Source: the human T2T-CHM13v2.0 reference genome, Homo sapiens
Assembly (NCBI RefSeq): GCF_009914755.1
Contig: NC_060934.1
Direction: 5' to 3' (one strand)
Length of the DNA: 64,000 nt
Shown: positions 31,425 through 44,799 of the stretch, one piece after another
Position numbering within the stretch: position 1 is the first letter of the stretch
Layout: every line of letters begins with the position of its first letter
The notes under the pieces: model-generated
Database searches by the model: none
What the model saw: the letters and a program-made list of their open reading frames with translations, nothing else
Told to the model about the DNA's origin: nothing
Made by a program: the position numbers and the translations under genes

Positions 31425-31805
31425 AGGATTCTTCAGAGAAACCGTGTATGGAATGAGCTTTATTTTCAGGAACTCACTCACACAATTGTGGAGGCTGACA
31501 AGTTCAAAAACAGAGGGTGCACAGGGTGAGCAGGGCAGGCCGGCAGGCTAGCTCAGGCAAGGGCTGATACAGCAGCCTGGAGGCAGAATTTGTTCTCCAA
31601 GAAACCTCAGTATTTGTTCTGAAGGCCTTTGATTGATTGGATGAGGCTCACTCATATTATCAAGGGTAATCTCCTTTTCTCAAAGTCAACTGCCTGTGGG
31701 TGTTAACCACATCCACGAAACACCCTCGTGGCAATACTTGGCTTAGTTCTGATGAAATAACTACATACTATACCCTCGCTACATTGACACATGAGACTAA
31801 GTATG
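31425..31805 (-). mobile_element. MLT2 (ERVL) LTR
   Basis: gattggatgaggctcactcatattatcaagggtaatctcc...aagtcaactg...ttgacacatga. Confidence 0.72.
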
Positions 31806-32098
31806 ATAAAATAAAGGGGCGCATGCAGCTTGCACGCCTCCGTGTCTGGCTCCTTTCATTTTCGTAATATTTCGGGGACTCATTTGGGACTGCTGTTTGT
31901 ATCAGTAGTAGCTCATGCCTTTTAGTTACTGAACAGTACTGCCTTCTATGATTACAATAGGCTAGATTCTAATACACACCAGGCATTTTCAATTCAGCTG
32001 TGAGATCTGAAAAACAATTTTAAAAAATAAAATTGCTGTCAATACTCAGAAACTTGTAAACACCAATTAGAATCCAAACAGAGAAATTCATTGAGCTA

Positions 32099-32142
32099 TT
32101 AGGTTGGCGCAAAAGTCATTGTGGTTTAGCCAAATATTTTAA
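32099..32142. mobile_element. Half MADE1 (single Hsmar1 inverted repeat)
   Basis: ttaggttggcgcaaaagtcattgtggttt versus the Hsmar1 TIR ttaggttggtgcaaaagtaattgcggttt, preceded by TA. Confidence 0.7.
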
Positions 32143-32400
32143 GTTTTTAGCATCATAAGAAGAATAGTTAAAAATCTCTTTTTAAAAAATAGTTAAAAAT
32201 CTCTTGCTGGTCAGCTGATGCACAGTGGGACGCAGGGAAGGCAGCCCCCCAGTCTCAGGAATATGTTACTTTTGTGGCTATATCTTGTTTTTAGTTTAAT
32301 TTAATGGGAGCTAATGAACCAGAAAATACATTCTAAACAAAAACTAATTATCTTGTCATCACTTCAAAAGACATATTTAACACACATTAAAGCAGTTACA

Positions 32401-33569
<1,169 letters not shown>

Positions 33570-33749
33570 AATAAAAGAGATCTGGTCATTAATTCAGGTT
33601 TTCAAGTGTCTTCCTGGGCAGATAGGCTAAATCTACATTTTAAAAACAAGATTACAGCCCCATTTTTCTGCTCTTCTTCTCCTCAACAGAGAAGTAGGTA
33701 TTCACTGCCTCTAGTTCCTCTCCTGCCACTGTCCCCAGAGCCCTCTGCA

Positions 33750-34965
33750 AACTTGTGATCTGAGTCCATTCCATAGCCACCGCTCCGTCCAAGTCAGTAA
33801 TGGCCTCCCAGTCCCTACAACCAAATGGTCACTCCTGTATACTCATCACATAGCATCACAGAGCAGCCACTCCCTCCTGTCTTCAGTGGATCCTGGAGAT
33901 GGGTTCTCCAGGAGCCCACCTCGCAGGCTGCTCACTCATCCTCCACGTCCTCACCCCTTCAGGGCTCTGTCCTTGGTCCTGTCCCCCATCTGTCCTCCCT
34001 CCTGAGGTGACCTCACCCAGTTTCCTGACTTGAAATGACCTCTAAATGCTCTCACCTTGATGCTCTGGCTCTGACTTCCCTGTGTGCTCCCAGCCTGTCT
34101 GTGCAACAGCACTATGTGTTGACAGCGAACCTCTGGTCGGGCTGCACCGCCCCCACCCAGCTGTGCCTTCTGCTGCAGAAACTCCATCCTTCCAGGTGCT
34201 CAGACCACCCGAGAGCAGGCATTCCTAAGTCCCTGCTTTCTCTCACACCGCATCTTTTCCATCAGCAAATCCCAGGGGCTCTGCTGTCGAAGCACTTTTC
34301 TCTGAAATCTGACTGGTTCTCACCACCCCACCCCATGTTCACCACTCTATCCTCATCCCCATGCCTGGTCAGCCCAGCTGGCCACCTGATTGGTCTCCCT
34401 GCTTCCCCTCTTTGGGTCCCCACAAGCTATTCTCAGCAGAGCATCCAAAAGCCCAAGTCCATCACGATCGTCTTCTGTTCATGAGCCCATCTCATTCAGA
34501 GTCCAAGTCCCCTAAATGGCCTGCCCACTGTCCATCCTCCTCCACTTACCTCCCTGCCTTGACTCCAACCCCTGGCCTCCCCTCCACTCACTCTGCACCC
34601 ACGCAGCTTCTGGCTGCCTCCTGCCCATGCCAGGCATGGCCCTCCTTCCTGTCCTGGCACTTGGTGGTCTCCCCTTCCTGGCCAAGCTTTCCTAGACGTC
34701 TGCATGGTTTGCTCTTTATCCTTGAGTCTTCTCCAGTCACCCCGTGCAAGACTCCAACTCTCCCCATACACATTTCCTTCTTCCCTGATTTTTCTCTCCA
34801 GCTCCGACTTATTATGTATTTATTTCCTTATTGTCTGTCTCCCCCACTGAAAGGTAAGCTCTACCAGGGCTGAGATTTCTCTGCTCTGTTAACCTCTCAC
34901 CCCCAGGGCTGTGGAGTGTGCCGCACGTGGCAGGAGCTGTCAATAAATAATATTAATGGAGTGGA
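33750..34965 (+). mobile_element. L2 LINE remnant
   Basis: Pyrimidine-rich L2-like 3' region ending ttgtctgtctccccc...gtaagctc...caataaata. Confidence 0.6.
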
Positions 34966-35071
34966 CGAATGTTCCTGATTTGCAGCGACTGTCTTTTAGT
35001 GGTGCAATACCATCAGTGCCCACCGCAGCTACCCTGAAAGAAGTTCTGATTCCGGACATCAATCCCATAGG

Positions 35072-35208
35072 GACAGTCCCCCTGATGATAGCTCGACTTC
35101 AGATTTTTCAACTTTACGACGGGTAGATTGGGTATTAGATGCATTTTTGACTTAGGAAGGGCTTATTTGCGGGGAGGGTAGCCCCACTGTAAGTCGAGGA
35201 GCACCCAT
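35072..35208. mobile_element. MER47/Tigger-like DNA transposon remnant
   Basis: atttttcaactttacgacggg...atgcatttttgactta...gtaagtcgaggagcacc. Confidence 0.55.
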
Positions 35209-35349
35209 GATCGCTCAGTATGCCAGAGAAAACCACCCGCAAATGAAACGATCGGCCCTGTTTCCCTAAGACTGCACTGGGAGCTCCAAGAACCCCTAAG
35301 GTAGCCATCTGGTGAGCAACGGTGCGCTCCGAAAGGGAGGTGGACAGGA

Positions 35350-35588
35350 TTGGGAGACCGAGGCCGGCAGATGGCTCGAGCCCAGGAGTTCGAGACCAGC
35401 CTGAGCAACATAGACCCCCGTCTCTACAAAAAATTTAAAAATCAGCGAGCCTGGCGGCGCGTGCCTGTGCTCGCAGCTACTTCCGAGGCTGAAGCAGTAG
35501 GATGGATTGAGCCCAGGAGGTCGAGGCTTTTAGGGAGTCGAGATCGCGCCCCCGCACTCCAGCCCGGGGAACAGAGCGAGACTCCGCG
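35350..35588 (+). mobile_element. CpG-rich truncated AluJ-like element at the CpG-island edge
   Basis: gagcccaggagttcgagaccagcctg...cactccagcccggggaacagagcgagactcc; no A tail. Confidence 0.85.
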
Positions 35589-36045
35589 TCGGGGGCAGTG
35601 GGCGGGAGGCAGCGCTCAGGTACGGCGCGCTCAGGTGAGGCCGGCCCACATGCCCGCCCACCGCCGCCAAGCGCGTCCTCCATTGGCGGTTCCACGGAGA
35701 ACCCACGTTTCCATTGGCCGATGCGGGATGGGGGCGTGTCCGGCCAAGCGGCGCCCTGAAGGCGTGTCCGGCCGCAGCTTAGGCTCTCCGGGAGTCCCCG
35801 GAGAGTAGGGGCGGCCGGCGGCGCTAGTCTTCTGGGGAGCGCCGGGTGCACACCGGACCACTGCGGGAGGCCTAGGGCCGAGGGCCGAGGAGCTGGCCTG
35901 CGCCCGGCGACCCCGGCTTCCCTCCGCAGTCGCCCAGGCGTCCCTTCCCCCCTACAGCCGAGCGGCGCCGGGCGCAGGCGCATTGGGCGCCCCCGGCAGC
36001 CCCCGCGGCCCGCCCCGTCCGCTGCCCGTCCGAGGAGGCGGAGGG

Positions 36046-36059
36046 CGATGACGTCATCG
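36046..36059. promoter_or_regulatory. Full palindromic CRE (CREB/ATF) site
   Basis: Perfect 14-bp palindrome CGATGACGTCATCG containing TGACGTCA (36049-36056), about 190 nt upstream of the ATG. Confidence 0.75.
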
Positions 36060-36080
36060 AGCGGGGCGACGGGCATTGGG

Positions 36081-36090
36081 CGCCATTTTG
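36081..36090 (+). promoter_or_regulatory. YY1 motif near the probable TSS
   Basis: CGCCATTTTG matches the YY1 consensus CGCCATNTT typical of TSS-proximal housekeeping promoters. Confidence 0.65.
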
Positions 36091-36112
36091 AAAAGGGAAA
36101 AAAATCCCTCCC

Positions 36113-36154
36113 CGGCGGCGGCGGCGGCGGCGGCGGCGCCGGCGGTGGTGGCGG
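36113..36154 (+). repeat. 5'UTR CGG trinucleotide tract
   Basis: (CGG)8 at 36113-36136 followed by CGC CGG CGG TGG TGG CGG. Confidence 0.9.
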
Positions 36155-36240
36155 CCCCGGGGCTGAGCGCTCGGCTGCAGCGGCGCGGAGGCCGTCTCCC
36201 TGGTCTGCCGCGGTCCCCGCCCGTCCCGCCGCCGGCTGCC

Positions 36241-36247
36241 ATGGCAG
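36241..36247 (+). CDS. PPP2R2D: PPP2R2D coding part of exon 1 (ATG GCA G)
   Basis: Strong Kozak context gctgccATGG followed at once by the donor G|GTGAGG at 36248. Splices in frame to the next exon to give the B55-delta N-terminus. Confidence 0.93.
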
Positions 36248-36329
36248 GTGAGGGGCCTGCGCGGGCCGGCGGGGACCACGGGGGCGGGCGGGGGCCGCGG
36301 CCGGCCTGACCGCCCCGTTGTGTTTGCAG
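36248..36329 (+). other. PPP2R2D: PPP2R2D intron 1 (82 nt, GC-rich, phase 1)
   Basis: GT...AG boundaries with branch-like CTGAC about 20 nt before the AG. Confidence 0.92.
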
Positions 36330-36422
36330 GAGCCGGAGGCGGCGGCTGCCCCGCGGGCGGCAACGACTTCCAGTGGTGCTTCTCGCAGGTCAAGGGGGCC
36401 ATCGACGAGGACGTGGCCGAAG
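36330..36422 (+). CDS. PPP2R2D: PPP2R2D coding exon 2 (93 nt)
   Basis: Branch-like CTGAC (36306-36310), acceptor tgtttgcag|, donor AAG|GTGAGC at 36423. Spliced reading is MAGAGGGGCPAGGNDFQWCFSQVKGAIDEDVAE, the B55/PR55 WCFSQVKG motif with the delta-type GCPAGG insert. Confidence 0.96.
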
Positions 36423-37839
36423 GTGAGCCCCGCGCCGCGCCCCGCCCCGGGACCCTCGCGGACAGCTCCCAGCCCGGCCGCGCGCGGCCTCCGGGCCCCA
36501 AGCGTCCGTGGAAGGCAGGCAGGAGGATGGGGGCCGGGCGGGGCAGGGGCCAGGGGCCGAGCTGGGGGCCGTGATCGGGGGGCGGCCGTCCTCTGTCCGC
36601 TGTCCCGGCCCGCGGGGCACGGGCGGAGGCGTCGGGCCCGCGGCGGGACTTATGTAAGTCACCAAGGTCACGGGCGGCCGGGTCCTCCGAACCCAGCGCC
36701 TGGGGCTGCCTCCTGCCCGGGGCGGAACCGAAGCCCGGGGCTGCCTCCTGCCTGGGGCGGAACTGAGGAGACCGCGGCGGAGCCGGGGACGGGAACGGAG
36801 TCCATATCGTGCGCTCGGGCAGCGCGGCACAATGGCCCAGAGGCTGGGAACGCGCCTAGGGCTGGGTCGGGGCCTCGGCCCCCACCCGGCTCTGCGTTTC
36901 ATCGGCGGTGCGCTCTTGAGCGAGCTGGTTGCCTCGGCTCCCTGATTCTTAAGGTCTGCTTTCTGCGGTTCTAAAATCCTTGAATTTTACTGTGAGGTAC
37001 TGCTACTTTCTCTACTGATATATTTTAAGGTCTCTATTCCAGATTTTAGTCTTGAACTTCATGGTATTACTTGAAGTTCACTGGTCTTTTCCTTAAATCA
37101 TACTCTCAAATTGGCCCAGGCACAAAGTTTTAGGGTGGTGGGAGGGAACTGGGAAGTGCCTCCCACCCCAGCTTCCCATGAAGCTTACCTGTCACCTTAA
37201 AGTTAAAAAGCTATGTAGCTTTCCTTTTTCACCGTTGAATGGAGAACTTGGTCGAGTCTTAGAAGTTTGATTAATATTTCAGATTCAGAGTCATAGTGAC
37301 TTTTTTGTTGTTGTTCATACATCTTACTGAACATTGTAAACCTTTAACCTTTTCTTAAAAATGATTGGTGTTTGCACCAAATACACCTTCCCTGCCTCAA
37401 GTTACTAAAAGCCCCTTGTCAGACGTCCTGTTCACTTCCCTCCATCTCGGCCCCCCCAACCCCGTGAACTTTTACTCCCTCTTCCCTACCCTGTACCTCT
37501 CCCTGGCAGTGTCTGGTTTGGCACATGACCCCTGAGGACATCTGGAGATTCTGCGCCCCCTGGGACAAACAGGGCCTAGGTTATTAAGCAGGTGAAACTG
37601 GGCTCTAAGAAATGCGTAATATATATGGTTTGAGATTAAAACTAGGTGCATTTTATGTGATCTAAAAAGTTTATTGATTTTATTTCTTTAAAATGCATTA
37701 CTTTTTTTGTTTGATTTTGCATATGCTAAGCAAGTGACAGTTCAGCCTTACTCAAGTGTGATTTCTGTCGCAAGTAAAGCAAAACTTGTTTGGGAGTAGG
37801 AAAGTGAGAGGGCTTAATGCTTGCCTTAATTTCTGTTAA

Positions 37840-38144
<305 letters not shown>

Positions 38145-38224
38145 GTTTCTTTACTTAAAAAAAAAAAAATTATTGATAAGCTGAATGAATTAAAATTTAA
38201 GTATAACTAAGGTAGTATATTTTA

Positions 38225-38608
<384 letters not shown>

Positions 38609-38961
38609 TTAAACTGATGGGAACTTTTTGCAGTTTTAAATCCCTATTTTAAGTTAAATTTTGAGTAAATCCAAAAGTTTGGTATTTCGAGTTGTCGTGG
38701 TTTCTTTTGTAACATTGCTTTGTGGTAATTATCTGCATGTGTTTTGGTTATTCTGTGTATTCAGAGCTGTCTATTTTAATCCATGTATGCTTTGGCCATA
38801 GTAACCCATCCAGATTAACACATTTATAAGTCACCATCGATTTGTCCCATAGTTGTGATACCGTTGCTTTGTATTAACACCAGAGAGTCAGTGATGATGA
38901 AGGGAAGTGTAGTCGTTAGTCACCAGGGATTGCTGAGCAGCAAGGATCAAGAAGCTGGTCA

Positions 38962-39671
<710 letters not shown>

Positions 39672-40669
39672 TTAAGGTATAGCAGATTTTGTTTGTTTAG
39701 ATTTGTGGCTTGTGAGGCATTTTGTTCTTGAAGGTTTTGTTCTGGGCCAAGTTCAGCTCTGTAGAGCTTTACTACAGCCCTGCACTCTGGCCGTCTTTCT
39801 GCCCTCTCTGCAATGGGTAAGGAGAAGGAGCCTTAGAGATTAAGGCCTGGGTCCTCTCCTGACTTCAGTGGGGTGATGCCCAGTGCACAGGAAGTGGTGC
39901 AGGGCTAGGAGTAGGCACTCCTGACTTTGGAGGTCATGAAGTGAGTGACGTAGAAAAGCCTTTGGTTTTTGTTTTGATTTCTGTTTTGTTTTTAAAACTA
40001 ATAGTTTTGGGCTGGGGAATCAGAATCAACCTATGGTGAAAGTGCTGGCCTATGTAAAATTTGATGCGCACCCCACCCCCCTTTTTTTTTTTAAAAGAAT
40101 TGGGTTTAGCTATGGGTCAGGTCATTTTGCTAAGAGTTGTGTTTCCACTGGGTCATCAGACTTCCCATCCCCCTGCAGGTAGGAGTAGAGCTGAGCTCAC
40201 AAGGAAGTTATTAAGTGTCCTGCTGATGAGCAGGTGTATAAGCAGCAGTCAGTGGTGACTTGCATCTCCTCCATTTGCTGGAAGGTGGGACTAGGTGAGT
40301 TTATATGCTGAGTTGACCAAGAGTTAAAATAGTAAAACCAGGGGGCTTCCAGCAGGAAGCAAGTAGAAAAGTTGTTTGTTAGCTTCTAATTCCACGATGT
40401 TGCGGTTCTAAACGGTGGCTCCTTTCTGGAAATTGTTAACTGTTGTGCAGATTTTTTCTGCATGTTATGGAATCACCTTCACCCAGCCCCTGCTCCCTCT
40501 CCTGGAACGTACTTCATTCAGCATGTGATGTGTTTTGCAATGTCACATGGTATTTCATCCTTTGCTTCTCTCTCTGGTAGACTGAGCTCCTCAAGCTTGA
40601 AGGCTGGCTGTCCCCCTTCCCACCCCAGCCCTTGTAGAGGACCCAGCACGAAGGTCATGATAGGTAACA

Positions 40670-40850
40670 GTTGCTGAGTGGTCATTCTGTGCTAGAGATT
40701 GCTCGCAGTGCTTTTCCTATGTCAGTGAATCTTCACACCACCGAAGAAGGAAGGAAATACTGTTCTTCCCAGTCTCAGATGCAGAATCCGAGGCGTGGGA
40801 GCAATTAACCTGGGTCACAAAGCGAGTGTATGGCAGGGCCAGGGTTTGGA
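40670..40850 (-). mobile_element. MIR remnant
   Basis: aatcttcacacc...cagatgcagaatccgaggc...gggtcaca. Confidence 0.5.
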
Positions 40851-41736
40851 GCCACGCCGACTGGCCGCAGAGCCGTGGAGCGCTGTACTGCTTCAGCGAC
40901 CATTTGCAGCCAGCACAGTACTGATGAAGCCCCACTGTGGCATGCGGCCGTCCAGCCTTGGGATGGAGCTGTTCTTCTAAAGCTCGGTGAAAATCTTACT
41001 ACCAAGAGGCGTGTGAAAATGCTTTTGAAGGCAAATGAAAATGGAATGCCTTTAAAGGAAGTCTGTGTCAAAATGATAGAAGATTAGTAACAAGGATTCA
41101 AGAATAGCATCACTTTCCAACCAATTCTCAAACTATTTGAAGAGTAGATACCACAGAGACAGTAAGTAAGTGAAACACCTGCACGTCAAGCAAGTGCTGC
41201 AGCACCTTTGCCTGTGATGTCACTTTCCACATGACTGCAACCTGCTTACCTGCAGGGAAGCTATGGGTCTTGCTCCTTTATATATTACACTAATTGCTCC
41301 TATGGAGAAACCGTGGGGAGGGGTTGGGGGAGGAGGGTCTTATATTGAACCTGGTTTTATATAGCTTTATAGCTTGATAACAGCTGGTTCCTTTCTTCTC
41401 AGAATTTGTAGTTTTAAGTGTATTGGGGTTTTATTTGTTGATTTTGCTTTAATCAGTTTCTTAATCCATGATCTGTTGCTTTGAATTAGACATTAACCTG
41501 TTTCTAAAGAGATAGACTAAACAAAACTAAAGGTTTGTTTGCTTAAGTCAAGCTTGAGTCTGGGGAGTTATGTAAGTAACATAGATATCTGGTTAATCTG
41601 GTAGGATAGCCTTTCCAAGGGAGTTTACATTGGTACTTTGAAAGAAACATTTTAAGTCGCAGAAAGGTAACAAAAATTAAGTTAACTGTAGCATCAGCAC
41701 CAGAAAGTTACTGTTTCATTGAATGTAAGATAATGT

Positions 41737-42088
<352 letters not shown>

Positions 42089-42554
42089 TTAGGTGTGTCT
42101 TTTATATATAATCTCCTATAATGTCTTTTATATGTATATATAAAATCTACATCTAATTTCAGAGATACTAAGATGTGGGGAAATGTACTTAGAATCAATG
42201 AAATACGGTGTTGGTGAATGCAAAACTTGTCAGTCATATTTATTGATTTCTTCTGTGTACAGATAATGGGCATTTGGTATTTATTCATTTATATTTTTTT
42301 TTTGGTCTTAATGGGACATGGTGTCTGCTTATTTGAATTATTTCCGGTCTGATTTCTATATTCCATTGTAGAATTTTCATTTACTTAATATTTATATCTG
42401 TGCCATTGAAGAGAACCTTCAGGAAAGCATCCTCTGGGGAAGGCCATCAAACAAGCAAACAGTCTAGTAATATTTTGCAGTTTGACTTATGAGAGCTTCA
42501 TAGGAAGCCTCTGCCTTTAGGAAGTCAGTTGTATGCCTTAAGATTCACAGACTC

Positions 42555-42855
<301 letters not shown>

Positions 42856-44550
42856 ATTCACAGACTCATCATGCTTAGTACAGCCACATCTTAACGCTCA
42901 GGAGGCTGGCCTGGTCATCGTTACATCGTGAAGTTAAGTTTACAAGATATGTGGTGGTATTGAATCATACCTGGTGATTTTCCACGTTCCCTGATTTTAA
43001 GCAGTCTGCTGTTCTGATGGGAAGTTCCAGGTTGGGTTTGTGTCTGCTGTTTTCAACTCTGAGGGCCCCTTTCTGAGCTTCAGCTCGCTTATCTAGAAGT
43101 TAAATCAGAAGCTTTTTGTTAAGATCAAACAATGTGCAGTGCTGTTGCAACTTGAAAAGTGCTTTTCAAGTATTAGATACAACTGTTAATTCTCTTGTAT
43201 TTTAAAGTATTGGGGCTTGGTTTTAGCTATATTTAAACACAAAAATAGCAGTTTCTTGTTTTTCCTTACCTGCTTCATGTCCATCTACCCAGATCCCTTC
43301 CACTGGGCCTGGCCTCTTAATGTTTACGTTATTATTCAGTGATTATTCCCATCCCTTGATCTTTGCTCCTGTTTCTTTCTTTGCCTAGAGTATTTATTTT
43401 GCTTCCTGTCCATTCCCTAAGCCCTGCTGATCCTTCTAAATCCACCTCCAATCCCACTTGGCGAGTCCCTGCTCCAGCTCCCCTCAGCGTTCAGTGTCGT
43501 CTTAGACTCCAGATTTCCCTTTCACACTGTGTTCCATGTTGTTTAGCAATTGGCTGTGTCCTGCTTGTGGTTCCCTTATTTTATCACATGTATTATTAGG
43601 CTCGTCTCTCCCACTGGATGTCAGTCAGCATATGGAATGTCATGATATTACCAGGTGATGGAGAGGAATTGTGCACGTGGAATTTGGTACACATCCCTTT
43701 TTCACCCTCTTCAGGCTTTGTGTTAACTTGGGAAGTTACTTACTCTTTTCTCATCTGTTAAACGGGTACTATTACTTGTGACCATTACAGGGTTGCTGTG
43801 AAGATTCCAGAAAATGTATGGAAAGCTCTGACAAACAAACACGTTAACTGGTAACTGTTCAGAGGCTGTTGTCTTAAGAGACCCTCTTGCATAGGAAAAT
43901 AGCTGACTCTGTCACTTCAGGGAGCCAGTTTAAGAAAAATGAAGGGTAATGCAGGGGCCAGCTTTCAGCTTGGCACATCTGAAAAGTTCACGACAGCATA
44001 CCAAAGGGCTGCTAGTGCTGGCTGTTGGAAATAGAAATGCAGTTCTTGCCTTCAGGAAACGCTGTTTGGACACAGACAAGCAGGTGGGTCCTTGCACCAT
44101 GGCTGGACCAGAGCACACTGAGGCAATGTGAAGAAGTACCCAGTACACAGACTTGGGTAGGGAGTGGAGGGGAGGACATCAGGGTATAAGAAGAGGGAGG
44201 AAGGGAAGGGGAGGAGAATGTTCCAGGTGGAGAGTGCTTGGTGTGGAGGTTGGACAGAGCATGGTATGTTCTGAGAGGTCAGTGCTTGGCATGGTCCTCT
44301 GGCAGAAAAGGGAGTGGCTGTGATGAGCAGGAGGCTGGCTGGGGCCACAGGATGATGAATAAAGGACTTGAATCGTGTGCTCAGGACTCTGAGTGATTGT
44401 GAGCTTTTCAGATCCTAAGCGGAGGAGCGACATCAGCTTTGTTTTTAACAAGGTCACTCTGCCCTTTGGAGAGTGGATGGTGGTGGGTAAGAATGGAGAT
44501 AGGAAGTTACTGCAATAATAAAGATTGGGAAAATGGGCTTACTCTAGTTT

Positions 44551-44781
44551 CGGGGTGGCCAAGCTTTTTTGTAAAGGGCCAAATGGTAAGTATCTTAGAC
44601 TTTCAGGCCATCCTGTCCCTGTTGCAACGACTGAATTCAACTCTGCCTTTAGCAGGAAGACAGCCATAGACCCTGCAGAGATGGATGGGCGTGGCTCTGT
44701 GCCCTGCTTCCACAGGAGCATGCCTACAGAAAACAGGCAGCTGGCCAGATGTCGCCCAGGTTGTGGTTTGCTAAACCCTGA
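44551..44781. mobile_element. MER58A-like hAT MITE
   Basis: cggggtggccaagc...gtaaagggccaaatggtaagtat...gtttgctaaaccctg. Confidence 0.7.
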
Positions 44782-44799
44782 CCTAGAGTTGGTTTGCAA

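Larger units (their letters stand above)
35330..36960. promoter_or_regulatory. CpG island / PPP2R2D promoter and 5'UTR
   Basis: Very high GC and CpG density. ATTGG (CCAAT) boxes at 35682, 35713, 35982, 36075; NRF1-like GCGCAGGCGCA 35972-35982; GC boxes; CRE; YY1 site. Confidence 0.93.

Noticed and set aside
36248-36574. 108-aa ORF containing the B55 motif as a stand-alone gene
   Set aside because: It is exon 2 read through its flanking introns; canonical splice sites define the real exon.
35477-36902. Minus-strand ORFs of 170-209 aa across the promoter
   Set aside because: Expected in very GC-rich DNA where stop codons are rare; low-complexity Arg/Pro/Gly/Ala content with no recognisable family.
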